From Nymphaea colorata (taxonomy: Eukaryota), in assembly GCF_008831285.2 (NCBI RefSeq), contig NC_045138.2, forward strand, positions 15,252,001 to 15,316,000: a stretch of 64,000 nt of DNA, read 5' to 3'. The notes beneath the pieces were generated by a model that worked only from the letters and a program-made list of their open reading frames with translations, was not told the origin of the DNA and made no database searches. How positions within the stretch are numbered: position 1 is the stretch's first letter; every line of letters begins with the position of its first letter. Below, in pieces: positions 1 through 13,785 of the stretch. Both the position numbers and the translations under genes were made by a program.

Positions 1-424
1 GATGATCTTGAATCTTAACGCGCTTTCTGCCATAAAGATATAACATTTTCCAGGTTGGGATCGCCTCCTTTTTAGGCCTCCTTCCGACGCCTTCGCTACC
101 AAGAGAAACATCATTTCAAGATATCAGTTATTAGGATTTTTGGAGAAACTACGATCTGTGGATCTCGATAACTATGGTTTTAGGACCTTCTTTGTTTGAT
201 GGTTTTCTGTTTTTCTCCTTTTCTAGGAAATTTACTGTTACCTATTTTTGGGAAACGGAAACCGAGATATAGTTCCCCTCCCTCTGCTCTCTGCTGTTCT
301 TAAATTTCCTATATTCCTTGCCTCCTTGGGGCCCAGTTTCCGCTTGTTCTTCCTCTCAAAAAAAGAGGGGGACATACAGCTTTTGGCCGGGAAAGGGCTC
401 CCCGGCGGGCGGAGAAGCAGAAAG

Positions 425-1153
425 ATGGCGGGGTACGGAATGCCCGCCGCGGGCTATCCACCTCAGTGTTCGCACCCCTCCGCTGCGTGTTCTCCGCCTC
501 CGTATTACCCTCCTTATCCACCTCCCCAGCCCGATCAGACATACTACTATGGCGCCGCCGCCGGTGGCAACCGTCACCGCACCTTTTTCCAGTGCTTGAT
601 ATTATGCGCGACCACCATCTTCGTCGTGCTGAGCATTATTAGCTTCATCTTCTGGATCGTCTTCCGCCCTCAACTCCCGGATTTCTCTGTCACCGACGTC
701 ACTGTCTCCGGCTTCAACTTCTCTGGGAACGAATTATCGGCCAATTGGGACGTGAATGTCACCGCCTTTAATGGCAACAAGAAGTTGAGAGTCAACTATG
801 ACTTCAACAAGGCCGCCATCTACTACGAAGGCGAGGTTTTGGCCGTCACTTCCCTTCCCCCTTTCTACCAGGACACGCAGACGACTACCACCATCCCTGT
901 CCACCTCGCCACCGCCTCGACGTTTCTATCCGACTTCACATCAAACCAGCTAAAGTCCTCCCGAAGCAATGGGGAGGCTTCTTTCGATATCCAGCTGCGG
1001 TTCGGTTTGCAGTTCAAGTCCCGCAAGTGGACGACTCGGTGGCGTACTCTGAGGATTTTATGCGAGAATGTGGAGATCGATTGGACCACCTCAGGAAGCA
1101 ACCCGGCCGTCGGAAGATTGAAATCAGCCGGCCGGTGTCTCGCGTATCATTGA
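425..1153 (+). CDS. NDR1/HIN1-like (LEA_2 domain) protein with Pro/Tyr-rich N-terminus, intronless, 242 aa
   Basis: The track ORF 248..1153 starts at TTG; the first ATG is at 425 (aagATGG). It has a Pro-rich N-terminus, a hydrophobic TM segment ending WIVFRPQLPDFSV, an NGNKKLRVNYD motif and LPPFYQD, which are the three NHL motifs. Confidence 0.9.
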   Translation: MAGYGMPAAGYPPQCSHPSAACSPPPYYPPYPPPQPDQTYYYGAAAGGNRHRTFFQCLILCATTIFVVLSIISFIFWIVFRPQLPDFSVTDVTVSGFNFSGNELSANWDVNVTAFNGNKKLRVNYDFNKAAIYYEGEVLAVTSLPPFYQDTQTTTTIPVHLATASTFLSDFTSNQLKSSRSNGEASFDIQLRFGLQFKSRKWTTRWRTLRILCENVEIDWTTSGSNPAVGRLKSAGRCLAYH

Positions 1154-1449
1154 GCGTGATGCCCTTCTCATCCTCTGTTTCTTCTGATCTTTTGCTTAGT
1201 AACTGCTTCGGAAAATGTACAGAATCACGAATTAGCAGGGCTGTGCTGCAAATTCTTGTACCATTCGTTGGTTGTGTTGAGTTCCTTCGTTAAACCAGCG
1301 ATGGCAATGAATAAGTTCGAGATAATGGGGAAAATGAATGAGAGAAGAGAAGATTCAGATATTCATCGTATATATAGCAGCATTTGTGAATAGTACAAAA
1401 AGAACGATATCTGCGATTGTTTTATTCAAACTTAAAATTTAAATCTTTA

Positions 1450-1451
<2 letters not shown>

Positions 1452-1508
<57 letters not shown>
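1452..1508. repeat. (AT)n microsatellite
   Basis: Uninterrupted AT run. Confidence 0.95.
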
Positions 1509-1509
<1 letters not shown>

Positions 1510-1610
1510 CAATTATCAGGCTGAGTTGGACCCACCGAGCTTTGGGCAACTTCAGAGGAGTGGGGCTTCACTACTTAGTTTTTCTAACTCTTAGGAATAT
1601 AGACGCAAAG

Positions 1611-3115
1611 CTTAGGGAGGGCTATGACCTTATCGATCCACACTTATCATTTTCCTAATTCTTGAAGATGATGGTTCTTGATGGATGTTTTATACTTCAG
1701 CTATCATATACAGTTGACTTAACCCGGCCCTATGATCATGTGTTTAGCTCCAATGGTATTTCCTTACTCTTTTCTGCAATTATATATATTGATGATTGAA
1801 AATCACATTCAATTGATTGTGTTAAAGAAGCTGATGAGTGATGAAGAAAGAAGACAGATCAATGATGATACGCATTTGAATCAAATGGTATGCAATTTTA
1901 TGAGATCCAACATCAATTTCTATTTGAAGGACCCAGTCTGTAAACATCAGGAAAAATATAATATTCGAAAGCACATTCTACGGACAAGCATGGCCTGCAG
2001 TTGGCTTTCTTGAATTTATTCGTTATCGAAGTCAACCATTGCTGGATATTATCTTTAAGGGGTTCAAATTAATGGCCCCAGTTGTTCCTGTCTGGATGTT
2101 TAAACTTCTGGATGGAGGAATTTATAAGAAAATTGATTTATGATCTGCCCAAGCTTTTTTTATCAAGTAGGAACCCATTTTTAGAAGAAAGAACCATATA
2201 GTTAGTTGAAAATTAGTTTGGATGTAGATAATTCGTGCTTAGTCTTCCTTGCATTGATATTCACAAGATGGTTACTTATAACCACAAGATACCCATAGAT
2301 GGTTACTTACTTGGAAGCACATCTTCATAAGAAAAATTTACTCTCTATGGAACATCACAAGGAGAGAGTTGTAAGCAGAATTAGAGCTGGGCATCTGGCT
2401 GGGCCGCAACCTATAACTATGCCCGGGCCTGGCTTGACAACTCGAAACCCAAGCCTAGCCCGATTAACATTAAAAATATATTTTTAATTTACAAATATAA
2501 TTGACATAATAAAATAATATATAATATATATAAATAATATTTAAATATAAATCATCAGGCTAAATCGAACCCACCGGGCTGGCGAATAACTTATCGGGCC
2601 AACTCGAGCCCGGCCCGAAGCACAAAATTTTCTAGCTCGGTCACTTACAGTCACTTGCAATGGTAATTAGAAATGAATTGGCTTGACAGTTTTGAGTCTT
2701 AGGTCATGGGTAGCTAGAGACGTTATTCATGTCCAAATTGAATATATTTAAAGACCATCTTCTCAAGGAATGTTAAAACAAAACTTAGGGAGTGCTATGA
2801 CGTTATTGATCCATACTTATCATTTTCCTAATTCTTCAAGATAATGGTTCTTGATGGATGTTTTATACTTGAGCTATTTTGTACAGCTGACCCATCCCAG
2901 CCATATGATCATGTTTTTAGCTCCGATTGTATTTCCTTACTCTCTTCTGCAACTAGATATGTTGGTGCTTGAAAATCAGATTCCACTGATTGTACTAAGG
3001 ATGCTGATAAGTGTTTAAAGAAGGAAGAAAGATCAATGGTGATACACATTTGAATCAAATGAGACGCAATTTTTATGAGATCAAACATCAATTTCTATTT
3101 GAAGGATCAAGTCTG
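1611..3115 (+). repeat. Direct repeat pair of about 330 bp (about 1611-1940 and 2784-3115)
   Basis: Both copies run cttagggag..gctatgac..ttat.gatcca.acttatcatttt through ..atttgaagga..agtctg. Confidence 0.85.
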
Positions 3116-3206
3116 CATGTTTTAGATTGTTACGTGTCAGATTGAGAGAGCTGACGGAGAGAGTTTACATAGAGGACTGTTGCTCCTACCATGCATTATA
3201 ATATAG

Positions 3207-3363
3207 CAGTGGTGGAGTGAGAACAAACTTCTGGAGGGGCACCCATTCACATATTTTTATTTTAAAAACACCGTTATCTATATAACATAACAAATATTTG
3301 AAAATGTTATATCAAAAATAAAGAAACATTGAAGAGCCGGTGTATATGTTGGGTCAGCCTCTG
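3207..3363. mobile_element. Degenerate small hAT-type MITE (CAGTGG family)
   Basis: Ends cagtggtggag / gggtcagcctctg, flanked by near-identical 8-mers taatatag / taacatag. Confidence 0.4.
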
Positions 3364-4406
3364 TAACATAGCATTTTAGGCCACATGATCCAAAAGCTTG
3401 GTTTATATTGGTAAGATATTTTGTCCCATATACTCGTCTAATCAAATATAAGGTAGTTTTATAATGAACATGACAAACTCAAAATACCGTTTTCATTCTC
3501 AACTTGTGATTAGAGTTCTATTATGTCGGCTATGTTTCAACATGTATGCGTCGCACACAGTTGTATTGATGAGACTACTTCATGCTTTTCGATCTCTACA
3601 CTTTTATAGAAATTAATACAAACTTTTTCTTGAAAAAAACAAAAAATCCAAATTGTACTTTCACCAAAATTTTAATAATTAAGAAACCAGAGACAGCGGA
3701 TGTATAGCTGGTCACAAGGAAGACAAGATTTCGGATCCGAACGCATCCTAAACGAAACCGATCGAACCAACCAAGCTGACCGGCCGGCGGCCAACTCTAA
3801 CCAGCTGGGTTGGGCCAGGCTGATGCCAAAGCATTTTCAGGTATGCACATTGGTTGTTTATATGAATCTATAACCATTGCTACCTTACGGAGACTGCATG
3901 CCAATCAAAATGGATCCAAATAATAACCGGTGTGAACTAGACTTGAGATGCAAAAGCATCAAGTAGTTGAGAAACTAAAAGAGGTACACAATTTTTGGAA
4001 TCCAGAGCGTGTTTTTATCCAGGAATATGAGCTTTTAGATTTGAGGGAGTCGAGATAGAAATTTTCAGAAAGGTGTTTACCCACTGTTTGATAAGGCAGG
4101 CAGAAGCATCACACCATGTTTTTGCTTTTAGAGAGCACATGACAAGAAATACATCGTTGTAAACACGTTACAAAAATACTTCTTATTCTTGTTTAAAGAA
4201 AAATAATGTTATTATGTCCTGCATTTGATTGGATTTGAAAAGTATATTTATAATACCTTATCAGATATAAAGTCCGTGGAATGGTGCCCCTTGAATCAGT
4301 TGGAAGGCCTAAGCCTGAATGGTAAGTGTGAGAGCCAGATTTGGTTGAAAGGCACTGACCATTTACTTGAAGAACATTTTACATATAATTATGTAAAAAT
4401 TTAGGG

Positions 4407-4633
4407 CATAGTTGGCTGATTTGCCAATTGGTTGGGGAACCACCCGAGTCAAGTCGGGTCGCTAAAAAATCTGGGCACGAGTCAAGGCTGGCTCAGCTTG
4501 CTCCTAACTCCCTTCAACTCGGAATGACTCAGCCTGACTAGGCTTGATTCGCCTGATTGAAGTTATTTTAAAACTCAACCAAGTCAATAAATCAATTCGC
4601 TGACTCGAGTCACTAGTTTGCCAGATAGCTATG
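4407..4633. mobile_element. Non-autonomous hAT-type MITE (CATAG...CTATG ends)
   Basis: Perfect 8-bp TSD atttaggg (4399-4406, 4634-4641), internal gagtc/gactc sub-terminal repeats, and a homologous copy at 25830. Confidence 0.8.
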
Positions 4634-4998
4634 ATTTAGGGTCAATCAATACATACATAAATGAGAAATTTTTTTTTGGACTATGTGGAATTGTGACCTT
4701 TATTCCACTTGACATTTCCTATTCAACAAAATGAATCTTATTGATTTTGCAAATGATGACATTGATTCTTAGCGCGCTTTCTGTCATAAAAATGTAACAT
4801 TTTCAGGCAGGGATCCCCTCCATTTCAGGTAATCTTTCCCCATTAAACTTCATTTCAAGATTCCTTCCTTGTTTGATTATCTTCTGTTTTGTCACTCCTT
4901 TTCTAGGAAATTGAGTGCATCGATTTCTGGGAAACCCACCTCTTATTTTTTAGCACAAGAGAACCTCTCGCGCATCCGCTGACGGGAAAAGCAAAAGG

Positions 4999-5664
4999 AT
5001 GGCGGAGGATGCAAAGGTCACAAAGGATTGTCCACCGCAGGAGTCGTGCTCCGCCGCTGCGCATCCTCCGGCGCCGCATTGTTCTTATCCAAACGCCCAT
5101 TCCTTGACCATAATCGCGACCATCGGTTTCCTCTTGTTGGGCAGTGTCATCCTCAACTTGTTTATGGCCTTCCGTCCCCAGCACCCGGATTTCTTTGTCA
5201 CAGGTGCCACTCTCTCCTTTCTCAACTCTTCCGGCGACCAACCGACGGCAGATTCCGATGTCAAAATCACCGTCTTCAATGGAAACAAGAAGTTTGGAGT
5301 CAAGTATGAGAATGTACGGGCCGCCATCGGCTACGAGGACGAGCCTCTGGCCAGCACCTCGATCCCTTCTTTCTACCAGGAGAAGCAGAACACTACCACC
5401 GTCCCTGTGCATCTTGCCATCCACTTTGCCAACGCCTCGAATTCATGCGAGCTGAAGTCCGGCGCCAGAAGAGAGGGGAAGGTTTATTTGAACGTGCAGC
5501 TGTGGTCGTCGGTGCAGTTCAACGGCGGTCCTTGGCGGATCCGGTGGCAGGCTTTGAAGGTTGACTGTCACAATGTGGTGATCGATTGGCCGCCTCCCTC
5601 AGGAGGCTATCCGCTGTTTGGAACATTGAACTCAGTCCGTCGGTGTGCAACTCATTGTTACTGA
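4999..5664 (+). CDS. NDR1/HIN1-like (LEA_2) protein, paralog of 425..1153, 221 aa
   Basis: TM segment followed by FRPQHPDFFV, NGNKKFGVKYE and IPSFYQE. Colinear with the first gene, and upstream 4755-4940 resembles 1-260. Confidence 0.85.
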   Translation: MAEDAKVTKDCPPQESCSAAAHPPAPHCSYPNAHSLTIIATIGFLLLGSVILNLFMAFRPQHPDFFVTGATLSFLNSSGDQPTADSDVKITVFNGNKKFGVKYENVRAAIGYEDEPLASTSIPSFYQEKQNTTTVPVHLAIHFANASNSCELKSGARREGKVYLNVQLWSSVQFNGGPWRIRWQALKVDCHNVVIDWPPPSGGYPLFGTLNSVRRCATHCY

Positions 5665-6178
5665 CTTTGATAGAACTTCTCGTTCCCTGTTTCTTGTGTT
5701 TCGTTTCCGATTTCTCTGCACTTCATGTAAATTAATTATTTGAGTTGGTTCTTGAGAGTTCACAACCTTATAATTTTTTTGCTAAAAGGTATTTTAGCGT
5801 ACCAATATGTTTAACATAGCACGCTTTAATTCAAGTTGCTTAGCGAGAAAATATTGATTTTTCTATCCAAATTTTCATATTAAAGAAGCCACTAGTTTTT
5901 TAACTATTAGAAAAAAACATTAGACTCGAAAGGATAATTAACTTATAATATGTTTCCCATCAAATCACTCTTAGCCTGAGGATCACACTTATAGGATTTA
6001 ATTGTATAGAATAAAAGTTTTAAGAGGTCGTTTTTTTCAGATACGGCCCTGTATCAGGAATGCTATGAATTTAGTTTTTCTAAAACATCAACGTACATCA
6101 AATATATGTCATCCAATCTACAATCGGATGGCTCAGATCTCCTATTTATTTGGCCCTCCCTCTTCTCATAAATCCCTC

Positions 6179-6215
<37 letters not shown>

Positions 6216-6827
6216 CTTGCACCAGGAGACTTCGCAGCTTTGCCTACCCATGATGGGTAAGGGAAAGGGGAGCCACCCCTGCTGTCGCAGATAAAATTAC
6301 GTTGTTAAAATCAAATGCAAGTTTTTATTCACCTTTATTTTAAAAATAACTTCATACATGACGTTCAATAAACGATCACTATCATTTAAATTGGTTCAAC
6401 GACTTATAATTAGTTTACATAGTTCTTGTATTTGCTTAATTGGTACATATATAATACATAGATTGCCACATACAAAAATTAGTGGACGCTCCAAGTATGG
6501 GCATGTATTTTTTCATCTACAAGTCTTTGTTGGGTTATTTTCCACCAACATTGCAAACACTCATCCAAGGTCAACTTTCATACTCAAAATCGGTCTCGAT
6601 CGTTTTGGCACGACGACAATGCTTGGGGACAACCGGTAAATCAGCCTTCTTCATGTGATACAGCTCTGTATCGGGTGAATATATATATATAGTAGACTTC
6701 TCCATTTGGATTTAAAAGGAAAAATCCTAAGTTGGACTCTTACAGCATACTGTCCAATGCAATGCATTAAGTGGTGTTGTCAGCTGTTGGATGGAGCTCT
6801 AAATGGTAGGAAGATTATTTCAGCTTT

Positions 6828-6859
<32 letters not shown>

Positions 6860-9800
6860 GTTATCAAAAGGCTCGAAGGAACAAGGGGACACCAACTACG
6901 CTAACAGTTTTAGAGTAATGGAAAAGGCTTTTTGCGTCTTCATTTACTAAGCATACTCAACCTCGACGAGCAGAATCTGCTTGGCTGGGATCAACTCTTT
7001 GAGGCTCAGTGGTAGCAGACGTAGATGCAGGCTGGTGGTAATTGTCCGCACCAGTCCCCACACAATTTGTCTATTTGTATATTAATATACGCCTCATACC
7101 TATCTTTTTATTTATTTACATATGGTCTATCTTTTAAGTGTTGGTACTCCTCCCTCATTCAGATATTTGTTACCCTGCCACTATAAGAAAAAATGAGTTG
7201 CTGTACCGTTTGAATCGACTTATTCAAGTCTTGCTGACGAGAAAAGTAAAATACGTGCCGACACGGACACACAAAATTTGTTTATTATATTGTTAGCTGT
7301 ATCCTTCAGCCATTTCACTATGTATTTGTTAACTCCATGATAAGTTATTTTTTTAGTTACTATGTTTAGGAGTGATTGGTAGAGAAAAGACCAATAGGTC
7401 GGACAAAAACCAAACCCCTTTTAATATAATGTTTAAAGTGTTCTTTTTTTTTTTTTTGAAATCTAACCTTATCAATATGATATTAAGGATAGGTTGATGC
7501 AAAAGATATATTAAATTGATCATGTTTTGGGTTTTAATATTGTTTTTATAATATGCAAAAACGAATAGCTCTCGTAGCATCAACGTTTTGATAATAAAAA
7601 AACCAACAGTTTTCATAAAAACAACGTGATTCCAAACATGTTTTATATCAAAATAGGTTTTATAAATATATTAGGATGTTTATATTTTATTTAAAGTAAA
7701 TTTTTTAGCAAAAAAATTAACGTTCTGTTTTTTATTCCTAACCTAACCTAAGTGTCTTCTTTTTATCAATTTCTCATATATTAGCGTCCCTCAACCAAAA
7801 ATTTACTTGTGCTGTCACCGTCAGCTTAGATAATATATTATATATGAGTTTCGAACTGCTCCGACTCAATGTATATCCTAGTGTCAGTTGGGGAAGCAAA
7901 TTTCAAAACCATATCTTATCATTTCGCATGTTCCTCTCAGAGTTGAGAAAATTCTTGTACTCCGGCGGATTATTGTAGCTTGTCACTTGGGTTAGTGAAA
8001 TGGGCAGGAGATGGGAAGTCTAAAGTTGGGTGGATCGTCCAATAATTGAGCTACAAAAGGCATCGCGCTTTTCAACACTACAAAATTATAAACTTTTTTT
8101 TTTTTTTCTCTTGTACTGTCTTTGAGATTTTCTTCGTTTTCCTAATCAGTTTTTCATTTTTTATAAGATAAGGAAAGAAAACAGAAAAAAGAGAGAGGAA
8201 AAGAGCAGACTGATGTTTTGTTCTAGCGCAATTAAATGTGCTTTTCTCGTCAATGATCTTCACATGCTTATAAGATTAAGTGGTTTAACAGTAACTAGTA
8301 GTAGGTGGCAGGTCATTAGTTTAAGCGCTCTCTCTTTGATATATTATCTTAATGCATAACAACCAATTAAGACCCAATTTTCGTTATATTATCAAAATAC
8401 ATAAATATCATTAGGTTAACCCAAGTGCCTGAGCTTTTCCACAGTGTTCTCCTCACAAAAGTTGGTCAAATTTTCCATTCCATAAAATGGGCTTCTTCCC
8501 CCAAGAATCATCTCCTAACTTCCTATATCTTCCTGATTACGCCTATTCGGGCTCTTCAACTTTGTTGTGAATGATTTTCTAACGCCAATATCAACCGTCT
8601 ATATCCATGTATACATACGCTAACACGCCTTTGGGAAACGACGCCTTTCGCCGGCCATGAGATTCGCGCCTACTTTTTGACCTGGACTGCTGCCGCCGTG
8701 CTTATTATCCTTTCCCTTGAATAAGTAGAAAGAAAACCAGAAAAATGGTGTCCGCTGCCCAGGGTGTGTGCGGACCTGTCACATGGGGTGGTGAAGTTTG
8801 GCCGAGGAACCGACCCTTATTTTAATCAGCCTCCGACTTTGGCGACAAAAAAGAACAACTAGCCCCACGTACGGATTCCGATTGGTTATGTAAGGGTTTA
8901 ATCAGGCATGAATCTTATTCTTTTTTTGCAACTTAAAGGCCTCTCAGATCACATTACGTAACGATTCAAATGATATATATATATATATATATCCAGCCCA
9001 AGTTAGTTGGTATATGTTTCTTAGGTAGCATTTGGTTGCAAATTCAAAGGTCAGATTTAATAAATGGCCCACCTGAATCCAACGTTCTAAGAAGCTATAC
9101 ATTCTAGAACCATCGACTTTAAAGTGCTTGTCATGCATAAAAGTTAAAATCTACGGATCTGAAATCAAATCTTCTATGTAATGAAGGTGAGCCTTACCTT
9201 AAGTGGGACCTTTGGATGTGAGAGGCAACCAAGTGCGGCTTTTGGATTTTGAAGATATTGTAATAAGGTGTGGATCTCAAGTATGACCTCTGCTCCACAT
9301 TTTCTTGTAGATGTGGCAAGTGTTCCTCGCTGAAACCGATGCTTTAACTAACTAAGCATCTCTAGACGAATCTAAGATCCATAACTTTTGCTACTTTACA
9401 ATCTCAAGCCTTCTAGCCTAATTAGACGGCGAAGCTTTGGTTTTTATATTAATGAACTTTCAAAGATCTCAAAAATGCAAATCAAACATGGGATATGCCA
9501 TTCCATTCCAATTGTCCATTAACTTTTGCCTACTTGTACTCCTTAGTGAAACCCAATTCATTCAGTGTTACAATTTATAACTACGCTGTTAAAACTAAAA
9601 CTTTTGGACGGTAACTGCATTTTTACTCCCAGTAGTAAAATAAAAGATTAGTTTCACCGTGGTCCATGAAATCGAAAACTGCAACAACTTAAATAAATAA
9701 ATGTAAAAGAAGAGCGCGATTCATGGCTTTTAGTTTTGAAAGGAGAATACCCAAAATGAAAGCAAACAAGAAATTTGCGTGTTCTTCAAAATGTATTTCA

Positions 9801-11507
9801 AATCCCGCATCTTCCTGTGTGGTTGCTGTCAACAACAAGATGGTCGCTTTCTAAAAAGAAAAATGGAAAAAGCTTTCGAGTTTACACCCAAAGAAAATAT
9901 GGGTCTCCAGTATAAAATTTTGCATACAGATGTAGTGAGAGAAACTATAAAAGCACCCCTGCTTTCACATGGCTTGATATTTATGGAGATATCTGGAGGA
10001 AGTCTTTTTGTTGCCCATAGATTCCGGCAGCCAGCGACGTGCACGGCGATCCGTTCATCTATAAATGAACGGCCATTGCAATTTCACCATTTTTTGTCTT
10101 TTATTTTGTAAAGTAAAAGCAAGCATACTAAATCACAAAAGAGCAAGCACTTTGAGAAGGTTGAAACTGCCTTGTCCGATTATACAGTGCTTCAAGATTT
10201 AGGTGAAAAGTGAAGCACCCATCAACTAAAATATAAAACATTAACTATTTACAGTCTAACTCACACAAATCAAACTAACAACTAAACTTTCACAGACCTT
10301 CTATTCAAACTGGCTACGCTACTCATCTCAAAATCGTCGCCGTTGCAGGTACTTATAAGGTTAAAGGTCTACATCAAGGAAAAAGAGAGCCAACATCAAA
10401 AGAAGCACATGCATAGCTTGGAATCCAAACGAGAGATATCAAATCGTAGGAAGCGTGAAAGTGTGATTTCAGATCTGCCTCGGATGGATGGATTTGAGGT
10501 TGGTGGCTATCAAACACGCCCCAAGCGGCTAAGATCAACACGGGACAGACAATCAATCACATCCGGTGTAACTAATCTTCGTTCGTTTAGTGAGGAGCCA
10601 CCTTGCCCACGGGGCCTGCACATGGCTGATGAAAGCATCTTCTCGTAATAGGGCTAAAACTTGGCTTCTCTACGTGTCCAATATTAGAAAATTATTTACT
10701 AATATTTCATTATAGTAGACGAACCAAACGAATATGGGAAGCGATGGTAATAGATAAAATGTTTAAAAGTTACTTGAAAATGACATTGAAAGACACGAAG
10801 GGAAGGATCAAGAATGAAAAAGCAAAACGGAAGCGGGGAAGCGCGTTTCTCTGTGTCACTAGTTAAGTGGAGTAAACGACACGGAAGCGTTTTGAAACAA
10901 CAATCGAGGCAACCCCCACCACTCACGATATTTATTCTTTACAAGAACGTCAAAATATCGCGAGATTTTCGTCTTTCCACCGTCCAGAGAGCCAAAGGCG
11001 TGACGAGACCTTCTAGCACCTTCGCACTTCACACCGTCCATCTTTTCCGAAGGCGCACTTTCTCGGTGCCTCCGGCTCGACCCTTGCCGCCTGTCTATAT
11101 TACATCCTCCTGCATTAAAAGACGAAGTTACCCTTCCCCAACTCAGCCTGATAAAAGTATCATCGGGTCGGGTCACCCTTAACTAGACTACCCTAGAACC
11201 GATCTTATAAGACGTAAAGGTCCTGCATTTGGGGCCGCGTAGGCGTGTACTAGACAAGGACCCGATAAAGTAGCCGACCCGTTTACCCCCGGAGCGCCTC
11301 GCCAATCGCCATGTAGGAGTCAAAGACCATATCCGTCCACCGACGAGGAACAGGCTACCCCTGCACTGGAAACCCTTGCCTTCAGCTGGGAGCCATAAAA
11401 TCCCCCACTATCACCGCTCCCCACCAATCATCTAAAGACCCATCCCCTTCATTTCTCTGCTCACTTCTTCCTCTTCCTCCCTATCTGTCTCTCTGTGAGC
11501 ATCCGCC

Positions 11508-12110
11508 ATGGCGAAGGACTGCGGCAAGCATGGAGACGGCAAGGAGAAGCTGTACCGGAAGCTCTTCGCGGCGCTTCTGGCCTTCATCATCGTCGTGCTG
11601 TTCGTGATCCTGGTGATATGGCTCGTGCTCCGGCCGACGAAGCCCTCGTTCGTGCTGCAGGACGCCGACATCATGGAGTTCAACCTGACGGCCCCCAACC
11701 TGCTGACGTCGAGGATGCAGGTGACGGTCGCGTCGCACAACCCCAACGGCCGGGTCGGGATCTACTACGACCGGCTGGAGGTGTACGCCACCTACATGGG
11801 CCAGCAGATCACCCTCCGCACCGTGCTCCCCTCGACCTACGAAGGCCACCACGACGTCAACGTCTGGTCGCCTTTCCTTCTGGGGCCAAGCGTCCCCATC
11901 GCTCCTTACCTCGCCGCCTCCCTCGACCACGCCCACGAGTACGGCGTCGGACCCTTCTCCATCCGCGTCGACGGCCGCCTCCGGTGGAAGGTCGGCAGCT
12001 GGACGTCCGGCCACTACCATATCCACGTCGAGTGCGACGCCTACCTCTCCTTCTCCGGCCGCTCCACCCACACGGTCTTCCCGACGTCCCAGTGCTACAC
12101 CGACGTCTGA
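11508..12110 (+). CDS. NHL1: NDR1/HIN1-like protein, NHL1/NHL12 type, 200 aa
   Basis: MAKDCGKHG start, IWLVLRPTKPSFVLQDA, HNPNGRVGIYYD, TYEGHHDVNVWSPFL, DGRLRWKVGSWTSGHY; gccATGG start context; high GC3. Confidence 0.93.
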   Translation: MAKDCGKHGDGKEKLYRKLFAALLAFIIVVLFVILVIWLVLRPTKPSFVLQDADIMEFNLTAPNLLTSRMQVTVASHNPNGRVGIYYDRLEVYATYMGQQITLRTVLPSTYEGHHDVNVWSPFLLGPSVPIAPYLAASLDHAHEYGVGPFSIRVDGRLRWKVGSWTSGHYHIHVECDAYLSFSGRSTHTVFPTSQCYTDV

Positions 12111-13429
12111 GCGCCGTTCCCCTTCTTCTCCGCTGTAAGATCGCCCTGCCCTGCCGATCCCCTTTTCCTCCCTTCCTGTACACATCTTTTCTCCCTAAGG
12201 ATATTTTAGTCAATTGAGGTCACTCCAAGGCGGTGCCAAGCCGGTAATAACATGAGGAAAGCGGTAAGAAACCAAAACAAATAGCCTGTAAAGGAGCAGC
12301 CTTGTTTTCGTAATTTGTATAGCGTGCGGCTCCTTGTATGAATTTTCCAATTTTCTTTTGAATTTTATTTTTGTGGGTTTGGAGAAGCGAAGTGAGAAAA
12401 AGCGGTGTATAATGTATTGATTGTGCGCCTTTTGCACTCATTATATCGAGAGCCAAGGTCATAGTAGGGGTAAATATGTCATTTCATAAGTTATGGGTTT
12501 CCTTTTTTTTTTTTTTTAGTTCGTTAATGGACGAAAGCAGAGCGAGTGCAGGAGCCGATGGGCTTATCGATACCTTTTTGCCTTTTCCTGGCGACGGCAA
12601 TTTTTTAAAGGGTGTTGGTGGTGAGGTTTACTATTTTAAATATCTTGAAATTATTGCCAACCAGTGGGCTTCGCTTCGCTACGGTGGAGTCTGTCACTTT
12701 GAGTTTAAGCTTTGATAATTTTAAAAGAGAAAAAAAACAAAAGAAATCTGTCCTGTCTTTCTTTCTCTCTCTCATAAAGCTGGTACATTTGTTTTCATAA
12801 AGCAGTGAAGGTGGAACTAATAAAAGCGATAAATGCCACCGGCACGACGGTTCCGAGTGATAATTTGGAACTAATACTAACTTTGTTATAAAAAATTTAA
12901 ATCTTTAGGATGTACAAGTATATTCAAGAGTAACTGTTTAATTTGCTCCAACAAATTTGGCCGAACTTAAGTAGGTTTTGATTTACAATTGTGACTTTAA
13001 GTTTGGTAAGACGAGAGGGATGGATGAGCTGCGGGCATGGTGGCAATGCATATATAGAGGAAGCTGCAGTTCTCGTTTGATCTTAATACTTTTGGCTTTA
13101 TGCCATGTGAAAGCGTACCTTTCTCACGTGGGTGGTTGCTCTATCTCTGTTTGCTTCCTAACAGGGCAACCTCATCCCAATAAGGTTTGTTAAATCATAT
13201 TAAGATCTTAAATCACATTAGGTCTAAGCTGGTTGGTAATCAAACACACAAGCGATATGGTGTATTCAAGGGTCGGTTTTATATTCGTTTGTGAATTTAA
13301 AAGTCGTGTTTGGATCAGATTTGGATTGAGAGTTTAAGAAAATAGACTCATATATGACATAAACTTTTCTTGATTCGTTTCAAGATTTGAATCCGATTAC
13401 GTGAACATGTAACAAATCGGAGATGGTAA

Positions 13430-13748
13430 ATGGCGCATTTGATCTGACTCCAACATGTTCCGTGTGACACCCCTAACCATGCGTATGGGCTGACGCGAAG
13501 CGAAACACATCATCTGGAGTGTTGATCTGCAAGATATGGGGACCCATGCCATCTCCAGGATACTTGTTCGCTCCAATCGCGCTGCCAATCAATAACTGTA
13601 TCTGTTGCAGAATATTACAGAAGGAAACGTTGAGAAATACTTTGAATCAAATGTTATAGCATGTAGGATGCGTGTTCTAAGTTTTCTTTCTTGTATTTGA
13701 AGATCTTATCAACTTATTCCAGGCACCTGTCGTAGTCAGCTGAGTATA

Positions 13749-13785
<37 letters not shown>

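Noticed and set aside
248..424. N-terminal extensions of track ORFs (248, 22730, 42329, 53971)
   Set aside because: They start at non-ATG codons or upstream of the TATA box and run through promoter or CT-rich leader; paralog comparison fixes the later ATGs.
2380..2650. MITE-like GGCCC/CCGGG-rich segment starting agagctgggca
   Set aside because: Probably a TE remnant, but the matching right TIR and TSD could not be identified.
11432..12217. Long alternative-frame and antisense ORFs over the NHL genes (also 22924-23500, 28415-28974, 35075-35733, 54325-54762, 59400-60011)
   Set aside because: These are expected shadows of high-GC3 codon usage, which depletes stops in other frames; none has recognisable motifs.
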